Source: Aulosira sp. ZfuVER01 (GTDB taxonomy: Bacteria; Cyanobacteriota; Cyanobacteriia; Cyanobacteriales; Nostocaceae). From it: DNA of 64,000 nt. A model generated the notes under the pieces. The model worked only from the letters and a program-made list of their open reading frames with translations. It was not told the DNA's origin and did no database searches. Where the stretch lies: NCBI GenBank assembly GCA_034530615.2, contig JAVRCV020000052.1, forward strand, positions 160,001-224,000. Reading direction: 5' to 3'. Numbering within the stretch: position 1 is the first letter of the stretch; each line of letters begins with the position of its first letter. The translations under genes and the position numbers were made by a program. Below are positions 59,648 to 64,000 of this stretch, piece by piece.

Positions 59648-60691
59648 CTATTTACCCTGGAGTTTTGCTTTCCATTCTCGGATAGCGATCGCAGTTCTTT
59701 TGATAGAAGGTACGTATATATGAGGAATTTCTTCTTGGATATGAGTTTTAGTTTGGCGTGGTTGGCTAGTTAAACAGTGAGTCAAACTCGGCACATAGCT
59801 TTCCAAATCCAACGCTCTCATCACATCCTTTGCTGTCCTAAAACGCTCCTTTAAAGAAATCTTTACCATTCTGCCTAAAATCTGAGCAAAACTATCGCTG
59901 ACAGTAACCTCTTGTTGCCAGAGTATCTCACCAGTACTTGGGTCATAGTCAAATTCTAAAGGCCCTTTGCCTGTTAATAAATAAAGACAGGTGACACCGA
60001 GTGCATAAATATCGCTTGCATAAACTGGCCGCAAGGAAAACTGTTCTGGAGGTGCAAACCCCATCGTTCCGACAAAATTAGTACCCGCATTATTGCTATT
60101 TGAACGTTCACAAGCATCAGCTAGTTCCTCTTTCACCGCACCGAAATCAATCAGCACAAACCGCTGGTGATCTTCACAACGCAACAAGTTATGCGGCTTA
60201 ATATCCCGATGAATGACGTGATGTTGATGAAGATACTCTAAGACTGGTAATAATTCCTGTAAAAACTGTTTAACTGCGGCTTCATTTTTGGGGCCGGATT
60301 TTCTCACTTCCTGTGCCAAAGTAGATCCACGCACATACTCTTGAACTAAATAAAACTCTCCCTGGACTTCAAAGTAGTCTAAGAGCATAGGAATTTGCGG
60401 ATGATTACCTAGTGCGCCTAAAGCTTTTGCTTCTTTTTCAAAGCGCTGACAAGCTCTTTGCCAACTATTGATACTAGTTACTTGAGGACAAAGTTGCTTA
60501 ATTACACACAAAGGTTTACCAGGTAATACAGCATTTTTGGCTAAAAAGGTGATACCAAAACCACCTCTACCTAAAATTCTCAAAATTTCATAGCGATCGC
60601 GAAATCTTTCTGGAGAGCCGCACATCCGGCCAAGCTGAGTTTGCTGGATGCACTCGTGAAGATGTCTGATTTGTGGGGAAAATCGATTCAT
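59648..60691 (-). CDS. Soluble Ser/Thr protein kinase
   Basis: GRGGFG, VIK, HRDIKP, DFG, GTMGFAPPE. Confidence 0.92.
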   Translation of the reverse strand: MNRFSPQIRHLHECIQQTQLGRMCGSPERFRDRYEILRILGRGGFGITFLAKNAVLPGKPLCVIKQLCPQVTSINSWQRACQRFEKEAKALGALGNHPQIPMLLDYFEVQGEFYLVQEYVRGSTLAQEVRKSGPKNEAAVKQFLQELLPVLEYLHQHHVIHRDIKPHNLLRCEDHQRFVLIDFGAVKEELADACERSNSNNAGTNFVGTMGFAPPEQFSLRPVYASDIYALGVTCLYLLTGKGPLEFDYDPSTGEILWQQEVTVSDSFAQILGRMVKISLKERFRTAKDVMRALDLESYVPSLTHCLTSQPRQTKTHIQEEIPHIYVPSIKRTAIAIREWKAKLQGK

Positions 60692-61025
60692 TGCTTCAGA
60701 ACGGCTACCTTTCTTGTCTTTAATTTAACCAGAAAGGCTCCTGAGTGGTAGTAGGATTACTACATCTTTGCTAAATCATGATTTTTCTCGTTATTTACAT
60801 AGAGAATTCCCAGTAAAAAATTCAAAAAGCTAGGAAAAATTGCTGCTAATAATATTGACTTGTAAATCTACTAATATAGCAAATTGCTATGTTAGTGTGA
60901 AGTATTAAATGAAATACGGGAATATACGGTTATCAATTTAAAAACTAGCGATCGCCCTCATACAGAAAGATTTAATTTGGGAAATATCTGAATTTAAGTC
61001 ATGTAATTGCATCTAGTAAAAAATA

Positions 61026-61577
61026 ATGGACAAATGGTTTTTTATCGATTGGCAAGCCATCTTTGTGCCTAGCATCAGTGTGCTGGAATTAGTTATTCGC
61101 GGGTCGCTGGTTTATCTGGCCCTGTTCTCAGTGCTACGCTTATTGCCTAGCCGACAGATGGGAACCCTAGGAATTACAGATTTATTGGTAGTTGTGCTAT
61201 TCGCTGAAGCTGCCCAAAATGCAATGGCGAGTAATTATACATCTATTACTGAAGGCGCTATCTTGGTAGGAACTGTAATTTTTTGGAGCTACTTGCTTAA
61301 CTGGTTGGGTTACAAACTTCCTCAGTTTCAGCGCTTTCTTAATCCACCGCCATTATTGCTGGTAAAAAATGGTCGCATAATTTATCGGCATCTAGAACGA
61401 GAACTGATAACAGAGGATGAGTTGATGAGTAAGTTACGCCAACAAAGTATCGAATATTTGGAAGATGTGAAGTTAGCATTTATGGAAGCTGACGGTAGCA
61501 TTAGTGTCATCACATCCGAATCTAAAACTAGTTCGATTGCTAAATCAGAAACTAAATCAAAAAGCGATCTGCCCTAA
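61026..61577 (+). CDS. DUF421 (YetF-like) membrane protein
   Basis: Three TM helices, P.LLVKNG, ELMSKLRQ, EADGSISVI. Confidence 0.88.
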   Translation: MDKWFFIDWQAIFVPSISVLELVIRGSLVYLALFSVLRLLPSRQMGTLGITDLLVVVLFAEAAQNAMASNYTSITEGAILVGTVIFWSYLLNWLGYKLPQFQRFLNPPPLLLVKNGRIIYRHLERELITEDELMSKLRQQSIEYLEDVKLAFMEADGSISVITSESKTSSIAKSETKSKSDLP

Positions 61578-61617
61578 TAAAAATGTAAAATATGACGGTT
61601 GTATTCTGTGGCGGATT

Positions 61618-62913
61618 GTGATTGAGCGTTATACCTTGCCCGAAATGGGTAATCTTTGGAGTGAAGCCTATAAGCTAAAAACTTGGTTGCAAGTAGAAAT
61701 TGCTGTTTGTGAAGCACAGGCTGAACTAGGTTACATTCCGTCTGATGCGGTTGAAGAAATTAAAGCCAAGGCGAATTTCGATCCAAAGCGCGTACTAGAA
61801 ATTGAAGCTGAAGTCCGCCACGATGTCATCGCCTTTTTAACCAATGTCAATGAATATGTTGGTGACGCAGGACGCTATATTCACTTGGGTTTAACCAGTT
61901 CTGATGTGCTAGATACAGCTTTAGCATTGCAATTAGTAGCCAGTCTGGATGTATTGTTGCAACGCCTAGAAGATGTAATTCAGGCAATTCGCCAAAAGGC
62001 CAAAGAACATCGTTATACAGTCATGATTGGGCGTTCTCACGGCATTCATGCGGAACCAATCACCTTCGGATTTAAGCTGGCGGGTTGGCTTGCAGAGATG
62101 TTGCGACACCAAGAACGTTTGCAAACTCTCCGCAAAACAATTGCTGTGGGTAAGATTTCTGGTGCAGTGGGAACCTATGCCAATATTGAACCACGTGTAG
62201 AAGCGATCGCCTGCCAAAAACTCGGACTCAAACCTGATACCGCCTCAACACAAGTTATTTCCCGCGATATCCACGCCGATTACGTGCAGCAATTAGCTTT
62301 AGTAGCTGCATCTATTGAACGCTTTGCCGTAGAAATTCGCAATTTGCAAAAAACAGACGTTCTTGAAGTTGAAGAATTTTTTGCCAAAGGTCAAAAAGGT
62401 TCTTCAGCTATGCCCCACAAACGTAATCCCATCCGTTCCGAACGGCTGACGGGAATGGCAAGGCTAGTAAGGAGTCATGCTGGTGCAGCGTTAGAAGACA
62501 TCGCCTTGTGGCATGAGCGAGATATTTCTCACAGTTCTGTAGAACGGGTAATCTTGCCAGATGCTTGTATTTTAACCCACTTTATGTTGGTAGAAATCGC
62601 TGATTTGGTGACTAACCTGCTCGTTTATCCCGAAACTATGCAACGCAATCTCAACTGCTATGGCGGGGTAGTATTTAGCCAGAAAGTACTACTCGCTTTA
62701 GTAGAAAAGGGAACTAACCGTGAAGAAGCGTATGCGATCGTGCAAACAAATGCTCACGCCGCTTGGAACAAACCAGAAGGCAATTTCCACGACTTAATTA
62801 CTAAAGACCCTCGTGTTACCGAAAAGCTAACACCAGCAGAAATTGAGTTATGTTTTGACCCCCAACAACATCTGCGGCATTTAGAACAGGTTTATCAAAG
62901 GCTGGGAATTTAG
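61618..62913 (+). CDS. purB: Adenylosuccinate lyase
   Basis: (M)IERYT start at GTG 61618, HLGLTSSD, GRSHGIHAEP, GSSAMPHKRNP. Confidence 0.96.
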   Translation: MIERYTLPEMGNLWSEAYKLKTWLQVEIAVCEAQAELGYIPSDAVEEIKAKANFDPKRVLEIEAEVRHDVIAFLTNVNEYVGDAGRYIHLGLTSSDVLDTALALQLVASLDVLLQRLEDVIQAIRQKAKEHRYTVMIGRSHGIHAEPITFGFKLAGWLAEMLRHQERLQTLRKTIAVGKISGAVGTYANIEPRVEAIACQKLGLKPDTASTQVISRDIHADYVQQLALVAASIERFAVEIRNLQKTDVLEVEEFFAKGQKGSSAMPHKRNPIRSERLTGMARLVRSHAGAALEDIALWHERDISHSSVERVILPDACILTHFMLVEIADLVTNLLVYPETMQRNLNCYGGVVFSQKVLLALVEKGTNREEAYAIVQTNAHAAWNKPEGNFHDLITKDPRVTEKLTPAEIELCFDPQQHLRHLEQVYQRLGI

Positions 62914-62919
62914 AGTTGA

Positions 62920-62992
62920 GCATGGGGCATGGGGCATTGGGCATTGGTTATGTGTCTCCCTTGTCCCCCTGCTCCCTGCTCCCCTGCCTCCT
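62920..62992. repeat. STRR-type repeats
   Basis: (catgggg/cattggg)n then (ccctgctc)n. Confidence 0.8.
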
Positions 62993-63136
62993 TCCTTCCC
63001 CAAAACTTATTTCTTTGTTGTAAAATATTATATATATCATGTACTGAGAATATTTAATCTTCGACTGTCGATTAATTTCCGTAAAAAGTATTAATCGCAA
63101 CCATTGGCCTATTTTCGTAGCCCTGTGAGTGTTCTG

Positions 63137-63703
63137 ATGATTGACATACTAGCCACACTTTCCGCTTCTGCGGCAGCAGGAATCAGAATAGGTATACCCC
63201 TACTCATCATTGGATTGTTGCACGGAGGTCACTTGTGGTCAAAAGTCCCGATTTTGGCTCACATTTCGCCACCAGTGTTACTAGGATTCTTCAGTATTTG
63301 GTCTGTGGTTGAACTGGTTGCTTCAAAAAAACGACTGGGGCAGAGAGTGCTACAAATATTTGAGTTATTGTTGTCCCCCATTGTCGGAGCAATCATGGGG
63401 TTAACAGTATCTTCAACAACAATAGGGCCAAATTGGTTAATTGCGTTTATTGGGGGTTTGTTAGCTTTAGTATTCCAACTAGTACAAGTTGGTTGGTTTT
63501 ACCGCTTGCGTGGCTTACCATTGTGGGCAGTATTTCTGCAAGATTTTTTGTGCGTTGCTCTAGTACTATTTGCCTTTAATGCTCCCTGGCCGGGAGGATT
63601 AATTACTTTCGTCCTCCTCTGGTTTGCAATTCGTAGTGCGAAAGATTGGTATGACTGGTATTGGCAATACCGTCGTCGTCAGTTCACAGCCAGAGATGAA
63701 TAG
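63137..63703 (+). CDS. DUF4126-like membrane protein
   Basis: SAAAGIRIGIPLL and multiple TM helices; ATG 63137. Confidence 0.7.
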   Translation: MIDILATLSASAAAGIRIGIPLLIIGLLHGGHLWSKVPILAHISPPVLLGFFSIWSVVELVASKKRLGQRVLQIFELLLSPIVGAIMGLTVSSTTIGPNWLIAFIGGLLALVFQLVQVGWFYRLRGLPLWAVFLQDFLCVALVLFAFNAPWPGGLITFVLLWFAIRSAKDWYDWYWQYRRRQFTARDE

Positions 63704-63824
63704 TCAAGAGTCAAGGGTCATTCTTCTTTCTCTTCCTTGTCCCCGCGTTTCCACGTCCGTCTATCCTCGGTCAATGGTTTTAACTTTGGACTATTGACTT
63801 TAGACTCTTGACCTAGTGTGGCAT

Positions 63825-64000
63825 TTATAATAAGCCGATCATGTGCAACAGTCCCCGTCCAGTAACTAGCTCGATGATGAGGGCAATAAAGCCAAGCATA
63901 GCAATCCGACCATTCCAGACTTCGGCGCTAGTTGTAATACCCCATTCCCAACGCTCTTGGGGATACATTTTGACCTTTTTCTTCATCTGTGCGGCTTGTG
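63825..64000 (-). CDS. hemH: Ferrochelatase, 3' end only (CAB/HLIP domain), truncated by the window edge
   Basis: Translates ...[54 protein letters not shown]; not in the ORF track. Confidence 0.9.
   Translation of the reverse strand, partial: QAAQMKKKVKMYPQERWEWGITTSAEVWNGRIAMLGFIALIIELVTGRGLLHMIGLL

Larger units (their letters stand above)
1..64000. repeat. HIP1 octamer GCGATCGC dispersed throughout
   Basis: More than 50 copies counted by eye, e.g. three in 6857-6957. Confidence 0.95.

Noticed and set aside
61504..61617. Extended purB N-terminus overlapping the DUF421 gene
   Set aside because: PurB-like sequence begins at (M)IERYT, GTG 61618

Overview
Chromosomal segment of a filamentous, heterocyst-forming (Nostocales-type) cyanobacterium. 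Evidence: dense HIP1 octamers (GCGATCGC), STRR-type short tandem repeats, acsF, ldpA, CAB-tailed hemH and a patS gene that the ORF track misses. The window mixes housekeeping genes (ruvC, yvcK-like, tsaE, pyrC, lepB, acsF, purB, hemH 3' end) with many signalling genes (hybrid kinases, REC-GGDEF/EAL, three Ser/Thr kinases), two ClC transporters and small accessory patches with gene remnants. No rRNA, tRNA, CRISPR array or transposase was seen. Main observations: (1) a 13-codon patS (MLINCSDERGSGR, 22319-22360, minus) in the tsaE/patatin/pyrC context, with a DIF1-like promoter; (2) a duplicated regulatory module at 6983-9946 in which two paralogous His/Cys-rich GAF-LuxR regulators each face a divergent target (DUF3386 protein; isonitrile-hydratase-like DJ-1 protein) across a shared 16-bp palindrome lying exactly 24 nt from a -10 box in both copies; (3) an orphan AT-rich lipoprotein plus helical-partner gene pair; (4) a receptor-kinase/WD40/secreted-protein/GT-C cluster; (5) repeats inserted in frame into several genes. 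All family assignments come from motif recognition by eye, not from database searches.
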